Notes: a model not told the origin generated them from the letters alone. Positions 1-13,296 are shown, counted from the first letter of the whole stretch. The stretch: DNA of 61,815 nt, filler included, from Streblomastix strix (GCA_008636045.1; 4 parts of 4 records of this genome joined end to end with filler, not necessarily neighbours in it), one strand, 5' to 3'. Numbers and translations are program-made.

Positions 1-312
1 TAAGGTTCTTTAGTTTTGCATAGCAGCGATATCGTTTATATTAGTGCATATCTTCATTGGACATCATAAGGTGGTTCTACTAACATTCCCGTAATAGTGA
101 GGTACTTTGATGATGAATTTATTCCTAAATTTTCTGGGCTAATAACAATGTAGCATTTAGCAGCATCATCAGCAAATATAAATTAATATCTCGATTGCGT
201 AATCAATCAGCGGAGCGAAGTTGTTATAAATTCCAATTCTCTTATAATTTTAGTTTTACCATTAAATGTGGAAATTAATGGCACATATTTCATTAATTTC
301 GATGCAAATTGA
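1..312 (+). CDS. 3' part of a viral hypothetical protein (beta-rich, possibly a fibre/head domain)
   Basis: Frame 1 is open with TAR=Gln: QGSLVLHSSDIVYISAYLHW...VEINGTYFINFDAN, TGA at 310-312. Confidence 0.55.
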
Positions 313-331
313 AAATTTTAAAAATATGTAA

Positions 332-457
332 ATGGAAGGCTTTAATGAGACAGTTATTTATGTCCTTGATTAATTAAATATAAATTGGCATGCTATATTT
401 AAAACAATTTAGGAAGCGGCAATTAAATACGCTTGCGAAATGAAAATTTGTCGTTGA
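332..457 (+). CDS. Small viral hypothetical protein (41 aa)
   Basis: TAAATG start; MEGFNETVIYVLDQLNINWHAIFKTIQEAAIKYACEMKICR then TGA. Confidence 0.3.
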
Positions 458-505
458 AAAATTATTTTTTTTATCAAAAAAATGCCGAGAAGCAACTATT
501 TTTGT

Positions 506-2446
506 TCAGCCATTGCGGATCATTAAGCCCTCATCTCTCCAATCACCTCCAAACTAAGAACTTATGGGTCAGGATTATCATCAAACATTATCCGCACCAT
601 AGCATCACAAAGATAATGGGTAATCAGTGTCAGTCCAACCTGTACAGGGTCAGGATATGAACGGGTGCTTATAAAATAATTAAAATCATTTTATTATTAT
701 TTATCAAATATATCCATGGTTTCATTAATTCTTCTTACTAAATTACCATGTAAAATAACCTACATATTTGTTCTCGCACTTATTTTTGAAGAGTTATATC
801 CTCGCATAAATGAATCATTAATGGCCAATTTCCAAGCTAGCATATATTTATTTGGATATAATGTTTTAGTTTCTTTTGTCCCATCATATAATGTAGTAGC
901 ATAAAACATATTAGAGGAGCCTGCCGTGGTTCCATCAGTATAGCCATAAAATTTTTTTAATCATTTATGTTTGAGTTCGCAAACGTAAGAGAATGATACA
1001 AATCAGAGGGGGCACTAATTGCATCCTAATCAACGAAACAATCAAACATCTATCCATTTACGGATTGGGTCAATGCTTCGTATGGTTATGGTATTACATG
1101 GCGCTAATCAATGACTAAATCGAAGTTGTGGAATAGGACAGGGAAAAACCACGTTGGATACTGGGGCTTGGCAAAAGTCATAAACATAGCTTTAGTATTT
1201 GAGAAGGACATAATACTTTAAAGACTTCCACTATTAACGCTAAAATTATTAAATGGAAAATTGGAAGATTATGACCTTAATATTTATGTTAAAAAATTAG
1301 TAATTTTTTGGCTTTGGATAAGTTAAATTATAGCGTCTTCATTTTCTATATTGAAGTATACATTTTATATCTCTAATTTTGTGAATGATGCATCTTTAAT
1401 TTAGCTAATGGTGTTCTATGGCACTTTAGCGTTAGCTGCTTCACCTTTCATATTGACAATTCGGGCGCTAAATTTACCATAACTATAAATATTTGCGGCA
1501 GCTGATTTTAATAAATATATCATATCTGGCTTCTCTGGGGGTATCATTTGGTAAGCTAAATGTCTATTTGCTACTATATCAGTTTTATTTAGCCATACAA
1601 CTTTTAAGTCTTAAAGGAAATCCTGCATCCAGAGCTATAAATACAATGATGCGTAATTTCTTGTTTGCACAGGAAACGAATTAAATATAGGGTTCAACTG
1701 ATTCAGGTCTAATACTCCACTAAACACAATATCTTATGGTATTTGATAATAATACTGCGTAGTGGCAGCTGCGATCTCAATTGCTGCCATAGGCACATCT
1801 ATAAATACGCCACAATGATGTTTTCCTGCTATAATACTTTCTAGTGGTGAAACACTAACTGAGTTATTAGTGCATAAATCACTAAATGAATTCGCTGATA
1901 TTACGGCTTCTTCTCTTGTATAAATCGATGTATCCCATTACTTCGTGCTATGTTTACAAATTGCAAATTAATTAAATGGCTCGCAGGCAGTAGAAAATCC
2001 AAGCCAAAACCGAATTTCTTCTCCAACAGATTAGTGTTAAGAGGCTATAGGCATTGCAAGCTAGGGCTATGTTATATCTTCATTTGCGTTAAAATTAACT
2101 GCAGATCTTGCTGTATGATCTCCAGCAACAAGTGCATATGATACTCTATTTAATTATATAGCCAATGTATTCGCCGGTATTTTATAGTCCAATTTACCTA
2201 GCAAGTTTAAACTATTGAGCAAGTAGCAGAACCTCTTGCTGCTAGTGGAGCACGGGTATATTTTACTCTTTTGGAATTTAATTAAGTAAGCTGCTGGTCA
2301 AAAAATTCTTATTTTGATATGGTGAAAGATTAAGGATGCATGCTCATGGTTTTCAATACCCCACCCATCGCCATATAGCCATTAATGTAGTCCGAGTGTT
2401 GCATTTTTGTCAATCTACTTAAATAATCGTTTGAGCTGAATGAAAT
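506..2446 (-). pseudogene. Probable major capsid protein (double jelly-roll), frameshifted, start codon apparently decayed
   Basis: About 640 codons of beta-rich sequence: FWLGFSTACEPFNQFAICK, VLDLNQLNPIF, SFSNTKAMFMTF, FDLVIDQRHVIP, YMLAWKLAINDSFMRGYNSSK, HYLCDAMVRIMFD. Size and context (ATPase, pPolB) fit an MCP. Frameshifts near 2360, 2180 and 525. Confidence 0.7.
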
Positions 2447-2489
2447 TTTAAATAAATAAAAATAAATAATATAAACGATTATATTAATG

Positions 2490-2757
2490 ATTATAATTAA
2501 TGAAACTACTATTTTTATTTTAAAGTAAATGGGTTTCTTCAGTAAGATAGCAAATTTTGGATCGAAAATTTTAGGTAGCGTAAAACATGCTGCGTAATGG
2601 ATAGCTCCAACTCTCCATAAAGTTCTTTCAACGGTAGCAGGACTAGTAGGAATGATCCATCCGGGCATTGGTGGCGCATTGGGTGCAGGTGCTAATCTTG
2701 CGGGGGCAGTGGATCGGCTGGAAAATAAACGCTGACAGATCCGTTTATGATATCCAT
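2490..2757 (-). pseudogene. Small Pro-rich viral protein upstream of the MCP (one frameshift; 3' end approximate)
   Basis: MDIINGSVSVYFPADPLPPQ / LAPAPNAPPMPGWIIPTSPATVERTLWRVGAIHYAACF; locally higher GC. Confidence 0.4.
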
Positions 2758-2792
2758 TAATGTATTTTGTTAATTATTTTTATTTTATATAA

Positions 2793-5035
2793 ATGCAACG
2801 ATATAATAATTCACTTTCATAATAATAGATCCGAACAGTTCGATAATTAATCACTAATGAAATAACTTATTATATTCAATACTCGAAACGCGGTGGTTCA
2901 TACGCTAGTGGCCATTTGCAAAATGAAGATTATTAATTGTTTACATATAACGATAACGCTTTAGTTTATGCGGCTAGTAATTAAATCGTTGATGGCTAAG
3001 CATCAGATTTTGCATTAAAAATAGTCGCTGATGGTTTGCTAACGATTAAGAATTTAAAGGTTCTAAATTTTGATTTCGTTGCCTAAATTAATCAGTAAAT
3101 TAATGAAGTAAATTAATTATAGTCTGCTGTCGGATCTATTGACGCTGATAGTATTGGGGTAAAAAATGATATAATAACCATTTAGTAAGAGCTTGCGCGA
3201 TAGCAGCATTTTAGGGGATACTATTTATTGAACACAGATATTTAAAATTTACCAAATTCTGTTGATGGATATTTTGCATTCAGTGCGGAGAGTGGGACCG
3301 TATGGATGTATGATACTAATTGGTTCAATAGCGGATAAGTAGTTCTTGATTAAGTTTCACCCGCAAGCGATGCGGTGACATTGGTTGATAACGATGTGAG
3401 CACTGCCGGAATCAGTACTGAATACGCAAGAGGGGACCATTAGCATCCTCTATAAGTATCCTCTGTCTTGCCCCAGTCAGATACTGCCCAAGGAGAGGCG
3501 GGCACTGCAAATACTTATGCTAGGTCTGACAATACCCATCATGTAAATCTAAATAATGATGTACCTCTAAAAAATTCAGAGACAGGAACAGCAGGCACCA
3601 CAAATATATATGCTAATGCCACGCATTAATACCCCCTTAATGTTGATCTCAGTGATGCTAAGGTGCCACTGGTAAATGTCACCGCAGAAGCAGGGGGTAC
3701 CAGTGATTATTACTGTAGAAATGACCATGTTCATCCTCAATAATTAACATATGATGGGAACATTACAGCGACTAAATTTATTAAGACTGGCGGAACAGTT
3801 AATGACATATTACTAGCGAATGGAGATACTAAAAAAAAATCAGTATTATCAAGCAAATTTTATCAAATTATTGAATAACCTCTATATATTAAATTATATA
3901 CGTTTATTGCTTTAAATTTTTCTGCTGATAATTCAATAAAATTCAAAATAGATACTAGAAGCAGGTTCGGAAAAATATAATTTAATTAACATTGGAGTAA
4001 TGGCATAGGTATAAATAATTATTACTATTAGTTTATCCCATCGTTATCATCTGGTTTGAGTAGTGCATGGATAATATATTTTGGAACTGGTATAAATAGA
4101 TATGGCGAATTATGGTGCTGAATTGATGATTTTACTTATAATACATTTATATATTAAACAGATTTAAGCGTTTTTTAGGGTAATATTACTGATATATTAA
4201 CCACTGACGTACAATCAGCATTGTCTACAGGGTAAAGTGGCATATATTAATTATTTCCAAATACATAAAATGGATCTGTATAAATTAATCCAATTGGTGA
4301 TGCTCAAGGTGTATCATATAATTAAGACATAAGAATATCAGATTCAATTTATAATACAGCTAGTGGAATATGCTTCAGATGTGATAAAAATAATATTAAT
4401 AATACAAATGAAAAATAATGGAGCGTTATAACAAATGATAATGGAATTGTAATAGGCGTACATAATTAACCATAATATTTTAATTAAGGATTGTATATAT
4501 CAGCTGACGGATAAACATTAACATTTAACTGTAATGGATTCGTTGATATACCAACTGATTAAACAATCACAGGTATAAAAAAACATTCGGAAAATTAATA
4601 TATGTTAATTCAAAAATTAATGGAACGTTTAACGAAGGGATAAGAATAAGTAGGCACTAGACCATCCAATGAAGTAATATATAATTTGGTTGTGATTCAA
4701 ATTCAAATTCTGGTTTTATTGATAATTAATGGATGATAGGAACAATAGGAAATAATGATCAAAATCCACTTGGCTTTACCATAGTAAAAGTAGGATAAGA
4801 AGGTTAGGTTGATAGAGGATTGTGTATAAGTGCTGATGGACACACCTTAACTTTCAATGGATAAATTATTGCAGGAACTGGTGCCGCTAATGCGTCAGTT
4901 AATTATTCATAAGGCAATCTAATCGTATAGGGTGTAAATAGTCCTGGAACAGATAGCGGTTTCTATAGCAATGGAACTAATATATTCTGGAGCTCCCATG
5001 CATTATAATTTGATCCGTACTACTAAGAACAATGA
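2793..5035 (+). pseudogene. Phage-tail-fibre-like virion fibre protein
   Basis: TATATAAATG start, then a coiled coil and four repeats (YARGDHQHP, YARSDNTHH, YANATHQYP, YCRNDHVHP), FIKTGGTVNDILLANG, and two GLxISADGxTLTFN modules. Internal TGA at 4119 and ~4670, frameshift ~4580. Confidence 0.7.
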
Positions 5036-5061
5036 TGGTTTAGATTTTAATTTTTATATAA

Positions 5062-5613
5062 ATGTCTTTCGCTTCGCTCATCTCTTCAGTTCCAGCAAAT
5101 CATCAGGGATTGTATAAGCCAATAAAATAACTTTTTAATGAACTTGTTAAATGTCACTTTGAAAATGAGGATACGATTAGGGTAGAAATCGATGCACTAA
5201 AGAATTTATTTATCAAAGAAGCCAAAGAGCCACAGCACTCACTTTTGAAAGAATTACAGAGGATAAATAAACAATTTCTAAATTTATAAAATAAATTATA
5301 AAGCATAAAATAATATGTCGATGAAAAAGAATATAAAAATAAATTATTTAATGATAAAGAGAAATATTTTAAAAATAAATGTAATTAAATTAAAAATAAT
5401 TGGACTAAAATAATTAGCCCCTGTAAATCAAAAAATATATAATCTCTGAAGCTAATGAAACAGAGAAATAAATATATACTGATTTTATAAGTGTTGCATA
5501 AAATAGTAGCTTGGTCAATTATTATCAGCTTAATTTAACTTAATAAGTAAATTTAATTAATGCAAATAGTCAATGATTTCTATTGTTTTATCCCCGAGAG
5601 ATTCAACGAATGA
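5062..5613 (+). CDS. Viral hypothetical coiled-coil protein (3' end uncertain, overlaps next gene)
   Basis: TATATAAATG start; MSFASLISSVPANHQGLYKPIKQLFNELVKCHFENED..., open to TGA 5611-5613. Confidence 0.55.
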
Positions 5614-5763
5614 ATAATGATTTTTGAATTACTGATAGGTTTATTTTTCCTCTTCATTTAAATTATTATTTTCTATTAATGCTTCAAATATTTTATATAT
5701 CTCATAATCCGTTGCGCTATATTATAGGCCGATGTTTGTTGCCAATTAATAAATTTGGTTCAT
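5515..5763 (-). CDS. Small viral hypothetical protein (82 aa)
   Basis: TATATAAATG start; MNQIYQLATNIGLQYSATDYEIYKIFEALIENN...QADNN then TGA. Confidence 0.5.
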
Positions 5764-6385
5764 TTATATAAAATAAAAATAAATATTTTTCATATCCCAT
5801 TAGATTCATCTATGTATCCGTTTATGGCTTCATTGCTGGTTCCGTTGGCCTTCTTCTTATGATTTGATTAAATGATTTGTTTTATGCCTGTTTTCTATTC
5901 ATTATTATTTGTATCATTAACGAATATATATTTCTCATTATATTTCCTATATCATTTTAATTTTCTATAATATGTATAATCGTTATTCTTAGCTTTGGAT
6001 AATTGATAAAATTATAGTTTCCATAAGCGGAGTTCATTAAATTATATGCCGTTGATTTACTCGATTAGTTGCCCGTCTTTCTTTACTTGGTCTTGACTGA
6101 GATAGAATTCGAGTTTTTCAAATTGATTAGTCATATTATATCAGATAAAAAAATATAAATAAATAAAATGAAATTAATTTCAAACTTGACATTTATCAAG
6201 CTGAGGTGAATTCAACATCTTCAAATATAAAATGCATCGCCAGTGCTCAGCTAATTCGGCATCCTTTTATTGTATCGCATCTTATAAATATTACTCAATT
6301 TATTTCTCTGTTAATTTATTCCAATGAATTACTTTTTAATTTTTATGCATTTTCCTTCCATAAAAATTTTATTATATAAATTGTT

Positions 6386-7583
6386 ATGTTCAATGGAACC
6401 AATACTATATCTAAATATCCCCATAATTATTTGATTAAATTAACTGTGTCGGTTAATTTATCATGTACCGATACAGATAATATAGATATAATAAAATTGA
6501 AGCCATAAAACATATAGTTCATCACGCCCATAATCAAATTCAAAATGTTCATTTTGTCCCCTATTAAAATAACACTTTCAAATTTACAAAATATTTAATT
6601 TGCAAACTATGATTTATTGAACGAATATAAAACGCGCCCTTTTACAAAAAATTCATTGTTTTTAATTAATGCGAACTATTATATAGTTGTGGCTGTTGGC
6701 TCAGGTAAAACAACGCTTATATCTAAGCTGATTGTTATGTATAAGAAAATCATTGAGCCATATATTATTTGTTTCTCTAATTTTGGAGCAGATGAAACTA
6801 TGACCTTAAATTTAAATAGCAAAGGAATATAAATAGTGAATATAACATATGGCGAGGCTATAATTTTTTTGCCAGAATTTGATGAGGTAAAATACAGAAC
6901 AAAAGAAGTATATACTTATTATAAGCTAAAAGAATAAAATTATGATTACAATAGCGATTTTATTAAGCGAATGAAATAGAAAATAATAGAAGCAAATCCA
7001 ATAAAGAAAGAAGAAAAGCCTCCATTATATGCTGAAAGAATTGCCGAACTATTTTAATCTACAATAATTGGGACCATAAATAAATATTCATAACCTTTTG
7101 AAATCCTGCAGTTCAAAATTCCAGCGTTAATTTAGAACGTAAGCTATCAAAAGAAATTAAAAGTTATTGACGATAAATAAACAGCAGACATAAAATATTA
7201 AAAATTCCTATTCATAAAGATGCTTAACTATTAAATACTTTGATATAGTTTGATGATATAGGTTCCAATGCCGATATACAAAGATTTTCGTCTTCATTAT
7301 CTAAGACCATTACCCATTTAGTTAGTGATTCACGCCATAGTAAAAATATAATATTCTTTACAGATTAAAGGCCCAGTTATTTATTTAAGACTGCGCGCAT
7401 TCTATCGCACGTCATTTGTCTCGGGGTTAATCTGGGCGAGAGTGATTTAAAATACGTTTATGAGGAGAATTCAATTTAAGATTTAGACTTTGAAGAATTT
7501 TATTATTATATGGAACATTAAATAAATATGAATTTATGGTTTTAAATAAATGGCTCGGAAAATTTGAGATACTAAGAAATTGA
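6386..7583 (+). pseudogene. A32/FtsK-HerA-like genome packaging ATPase
   Basis: Walker A VAVGSGKTT (~6688-6714), Walker B LIQFDDIG (~7240-7263), arginine-finger SRH and downstream FTDQRP. Frameshifts near 7080, 7205 and 7515. Confidence 0.85.
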
Positions 7584-7764
7584 AAAGAATTATCGTCCGC
7601 TCAATTTCGAGCACACGCAATAATCGATGGATTTTCATTTATGGTCTCCTATAGTAGGTCGAGGGTTGAATTGAAAATCATAAAAAATTGAGTTCTTGCA
7701 ATATTGCAACCACCGACAAATAACTTTTATTTTTTTTATTTTTATTATTTTATCTGGATATAAA

Positions 7765-8337
7765 ATGGCATAGGAAATAAACGAATGGCAAATATTAGTG
7801 GTTGATAATGATTATGAAATATTGGTAGAAGAGCCGCACGGAATCAGAAGAAGAGATAATAAATATATTCCAAAAATTTCAATTAATAATTGCGGATATT
7901 AAACAATTTCCTTAAACTAAATTTTATATTAATATCATCGTGTTTCAGAAATATAATTTATACCAAATCCTATAAATTTTTATGAATGAGATTATATGGA
8001 TAGAAACAAATTGAACAATAGTTTAAATAATTTACGCTGAGTATTATCATCGGATAATAACAAAAATAGGTCGCACAAAGGAAATTTAATATATAATTAT
8101 TTAGATGAATTATCAGATGATGCAATTGTAGTAAATAAGTATTGAAAATACGAATTTGAATTTCTTTATTTTAATAACAATAATTTTTACACTTATAACG
8201 GATTATAATATCGCCAGCTTTATATAAATGAACATAAAAAAACTGGCTTATTATTTTTAAGTGTTAATGATATAGATAATAAATAATGCAAAATTTATCT
8301 TAATAAATTTAAACGATTATTTGATATTGCATTTTGA
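7765..8337 (+). pseudogene. HNH homing-endonuclease-like protein
   Basis: EWQILVVDNDYEI...GYQTISLN...YHRV...FIPNP...DYMDRNKLNNSLNNLR*V...NNKN; three in-frame TGA codons. Confidence 0.8.
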
Positions 8338-8437
8338 AAAGTATTATTTTTGAACCCGAATAAAAGTAAGCGAGCTGATATGGCTAAAAGTAGCTATACA
8401 TAATAATCGAGGGGGAAAAATTACGCTCTCAACTTTT

Positions 8438-8468
8438 AAGGGGCTGGTTCAAATTGAGCTGACCCCTT
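8438..8468. terminator. Imperfect GC-rich hairpin between the convergent HNH and pPolB genes
   Basis: AAGGGGCTGGTTCAA-A-TTGAGCTGACCCCTT can pair 14 of 15 positions, three by G-U; it ends 4 nt from the pPolB stop. Function inferred only. Confidence 0.3.
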
Positions 8469-8472
8469 TCAT

Positions 8473-11400
8473 TCAATCAATAATATAATCATTAGCTTTT
8501 AAGCCCAAGATGTAAGGACAACAGCTTTAATCTCGTAATACTATAGCCTTAGTGTGGATGCCAATAATGCTGTTCTTTTGTGTAGCTATTTTTGACATAA
8601 TATAATTCTTTTGGCCTAGTATAATATTTGTCGCTTTTGTTATGGTTCCACTATTAATATTATCCGCTATGTTTTATTTATTTATTTTTGTTGTCTTCTA
8701 ATTGACACCTTTTAATTTTATCTTTTCCTTTTCTCCTACTTTTATATAATAATTCTTAGGAGCTAATGCAATAATTTCGGTTCCTTCATTTTCAATAGCT
8801 AAACCAAGTATTTTCTTCTCGTCAAATAAATCCCTATCGATTGTTGGGAAGAAATATTTTGCATTATCATCATAAAATTATTTATCTTTAATTACGAAGT
8901 TAAATTATTATTAATATCCAGCGTCTGATGAGCCCCTAACCGCCCAATAAGCCTAGTCAGTATCGCCTTCCACGAAATGAAGTTTCATCATGACAAAAGC
9001 CTTATGCATAAAATTATATATGAAATTTACATAATGATATTTTGCATTATCCAATACAAAATAGGCTTCTTAAATTGGGGTCTTACATGTGCAAGTTTCA
9101 GGGTTTAATTATACCGCGTAAGCATTATCTGATAATTATTGTTCATCCATAAATGTATTTGACAAATGAGATTTTAGTGCTACCTTTTAATCCATGACTT
9201 TTATTTCTATATATTTTTCTGTGTTCATTCCATCGGAACCATATGATTAGTTCATCTTTATTTTACAAAATTATTCTAGTTCTTTATTTCCTTCTATTTT
9301 CGCTTAAATTCTCTTGCCTATAAATTCCTTGACGAATGGATTAAATCCTTCATGCTTATTAAATAAAATCAATTGCTTTACATCATCAATAATAAAATAG
9401 CAGTAATCAATCAAGAACCATAAATAGTAAGAGCTGAAGGACATGAACACGCCCATTGTAGATAATAAGTTTATTAATTTTCGCAATTATTTTTGTTCTG
9501 TTTTAATGTTGCTATTTTTCATATGATTATTCATGTAGGAGCCAATCGTATCCTCGTTAGTGGTAAATGTATAATTTCTTAAAATAGGGGGAAAATTAAT
9601 AAAATCATTGATATATTTTTCGTCGATATGTCCTTTAATTTCTGCGATAAATAATTAATCTCTGCAGTTAATTATATCCCAGATCTTAGTCTTATCATCA
9701 AATCGGCCAATGATAGAACCAGCCATATACATTTTTCCACCAGTATATTTTATAAATTTATGTGGCTCGGATGACATAACGCTTGGATATAATGAATTGA
9801 AATCAACACTGACGATATGAGAAATTATATTATTTGAAGTTTGAACATGAACTTTCTTATTTTCGTTATCATAAATAAATTATTTTATTGTGTCTTTGCC
9901 TGCTATATTTTCCCTATGCATTACATTTGATAAGCCGTCAGTTCTTCCATTGCGAATCAGTTTATAATCTTCAATATTTGTTAAATTAGTAGAGAGATAA
10001 TTCAGCGTGCAATACCTGCGAAGTTAAATAATTAATTGATTTATTTATTTTTATTTTTATTTGAACAGTATTTATTACAATATAAGCAGCACGGTTATAC
10101 ATTATCTTTTGTGTATGGTAGATTATTATTTATTCTATCTAATGTTTGCTTATTATTCACTGTAAATTTATCACCGCAAATGGAACATACTGACGATTCG
10201 AGTAATTGCTTAAAATATACGAAGTCATTAACTGATACATTATATGATGGGTCTCTATGTTTTATTTGGTCTTGGAATCTATAACTTTCTATTTTATATT
10301 TCCAATAATTAGGATATAAAATGAACTTGTAAGAGTTATCAATACAGGGGGGATAATTAGCATTTAGATCGAAGTTCTTATAAGCTAATGCGTATTTGAT
10401 AGCGTTTGCACATGCGGCCATGGACATAAAGCTAAACATTTCAATTTTATACTCCATCTTCATTTATATTAAATTGTCTATTGGTGCTATCATTATTGTT
10501 GCATCTTGTTTATTATAATACTATTAATATTCCTGACGATTTTTAAATTATTTTACATCCTTTAAATAAATTTTATATTCGTTTTCGCTCATTGATGAAT
10601 TCCTTAATGTTGAATTGAATGCTTCAATGGGGAATGGCTCACTGCTATTGAGGACATCATTAAAATTATCAGTATTAGTATATTCATATGGAAATACCCC
10701 CTTTTCGAGTAGTTTTAAACATTCTTTCGAAATCTCTTGCATTTATTTCATGGCTTCCTCTCCAAAATTTTTTGCAAAATCCTTCAAAGTCATCGGTTGA
10801 ACATAGACCATAATATCACAGAATTTCAATTTGATTTCTGAGTGCTTATGTTAAACAATGATTGATTTGGCTTATGATGAACTGCCAATATAGCTTTTAA
10901 TTTCCCAGTCTTAAGATTATAGATTTTTAAATATCAATGCAAAATCGAACTTCGTGCTATTGAATCCAATGATGAAAATTCAACGGTTCAGTCAATAGTT
11001 CTATCAATGGAGCTGTCAGGTCGGTCTCCGACCTCCGCCTCGCAGCTGGTTCCATATTAATTGTCTTCTTATATTTATTTCGCTTCTTTGAATGTTTATT
11101 TTAGCTATTAATTAATAAAATCGGTGCCAATTCACTTGTCAAAATAAATTGATTTTATACTTTATTTATTCTTAATTGTTGAGGCTATAGAAAGAGGTAC
11201 CAATTGTGAAATATGTATGCTTGATTTGCCAAAATCTTTACTGATTATTTTCTCCACTGTTTCAAAATCATAAGTGATATAGTAGCTCGTGGGTTTAAAT
11301 TCGTTTTCTCTATTATTTGCCAGTAAATATGCATAATGTTTTGTTCTGCATTATATGCGGACAAAATGGCATTTGAGCAGCGTCCGGTTTAATCTCCTTT

Positions 11401-12867
11401 ATTATCTTTCCTTCGTTAATTTTGCATTTCTTGATGTGCTTCTCGTAATCTCTTTCAAATTGAAAATGACGGGGATCGAATGCTCTAGACTTGCAGAATG
11501 GGCAAAATTTCAATCCTATTAATGATTCATTATTTGAGATATATAAGGAATGGGTTTCCATTTATTCAGACGAGGCAATTAATACGTTAAACTCGGAAAC
11601 ACTGACGGTTTCGTTTTCGGATCCGTTACTGAATTCATCTGTGGCTTCTTCGTTAAATTTATATGCCTTTGATTGATAATATATTTTTTGCTCAGTATCA
11701 TAATCATAAATATTTATATTAATTTTCTCGTCTTAAATGAACTTGTCAATCTCCCCGTCAATATCGAATTCTTTATAATTTTAAAGTCGAGTTTATAATT
11801 ATTAGGTGGATATTTTATAATATTTCATCATATGCTCCTTAGCCATATGCTCGCGTGAGTGTTCTCTGATTCTTTATAGGGGTGAATCTGGGAATTTAAA
11901 TAGATTGTATGCGTAGAACCAGCATATATTATATTTGCATCTTGTCGTTCTCAAACAGTTCTTATGGCCCTATAAATAAAAATCTATCAGTTCACCCAGG
12001 CTACTGCCCCCTACGCGAAACAGATTAGGAAGTGCAAACGTTTTAATCATCATCGAATAAATGGCAATGAACCGCTATTTTGTGCTATCCAAATTAAAGT
12101 TCTGTATCTCTATAATTTCCAATTTAACATATTCCTTGTATTCTTCTATGTCTTATTCGGTGATTATCGACTTAGGAATATGTTTTTATGTTCTGGCTTC
12201 TTGATGTAAAATATAATCGTATGACACTGATAGATGTTCCTGCTTGTCTGTGTTTTGTTATTCATAAATAACGCCAAAATTAAATGTAATTTAAAATGGT
12301 TTATGATTCTGTTTTTAAAATACCGAGTCAATAAATTTATTTATCTCTTCTAATGAATAAATCAAATTATTATAATATGTGCAGCTAAACTCTCCCTCAA
12401 TATCTTTCTAAAACTGATAGCCTTAACGTGCACTATCAGCTGTATTGATAAATTTATCCATGTCAGCGGGTTAGAAATAAAGCAAAGTATCAGAGAAATC
12501 ATTTTGAATTTCATTGACTTATTCATTGCTATATTTATTAATTTTATCGCTAATCTCTTCATTCTATATAATGACAATATAAAGCTGATGTAATACGAAA
12601 GCGTTTTTCGTCTCTTAAAGTTCTGGAGCTTAGTTAATTATTTAGTCTCATTTAAAAAATGCTTTTGGATTTCTTGCTCCTGTTCAATTCGTTTATTTTA
12701 GGCATTACTGAATTTATTTAGAGTATTAAAATTATTCCTTCCTCTCTTGGAGAAATTAAAAGTATCTAGTTTTTGATCACGTTATTATTTTAGTTAATTT
12801 CTTTTAATTTGCTTTTTTCATTTGAACCTATTAATTTGATGATTTCGCTTTTCTTTAAGTAAAACAT
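8473..12867 (-). pseudogene. polB: Protein-primed family B DNA polymerase polyprotein
   Basis: ExoI YDFETVE, ExoII IGFNSTKFD, KGVFPYE, ExoIII YYNKQD, motif A VDFNSLYPSVM, motif B KIKMNQSYG, motif C HFVEGDTD. Several frameshifts. Confidence 0.93.
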
Positions 12868-12938
12868 ATTTATTATAAATTAAAAAAATAAAAAATTTAT
12901 AAATAAATTTAGTTAGGATAAAATAAATATAAACTAAA

Positions 12939-13271
12939 TCACTTATCAAATATAAATTCCAAGTTTATTATATCAAATTCATTTTTCAATTCTGGATAAG
13001 TTTAATATAAAACGTCGATGGTTTCTTTATTTTAATATAGCTTTTATTTGTATAATTTTATTTAATTTTACGCTTCATCAATAATTTCATTAATGGGAAC
13101 ATCTACTGTTTATAATGGTTATGATTTACTAAGAAATACCCTCATTATCTATTTTGAATATTATTGAGGGTGAGTTATTTAATCCTAATATTGATTTATC
13201 TTTTTGATACAAATCGAGTATTCTATTGCTGCTGTTTAATAGTAATTGATTTTTTTATATAATTTGTCCAT
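12939..13271 (-). CDS. Viral hypothetical protein (110 aa)
   Basis: TAAATG start; MDKLYKKINYYQTAAIEYSICIKKINQY...LEFIFDK then TGA; intact under TAR=Gln. Confidence 0.55.
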
Positions 13272-13296
13272 TTATGAAAGATAAAAATAAAATAAT

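Noticed and set aside
5790..6361. Two short minus-strand viral ORF candidates
   Set aside because: Frames are interrupted and ambiguous; boundaries could not be supported.
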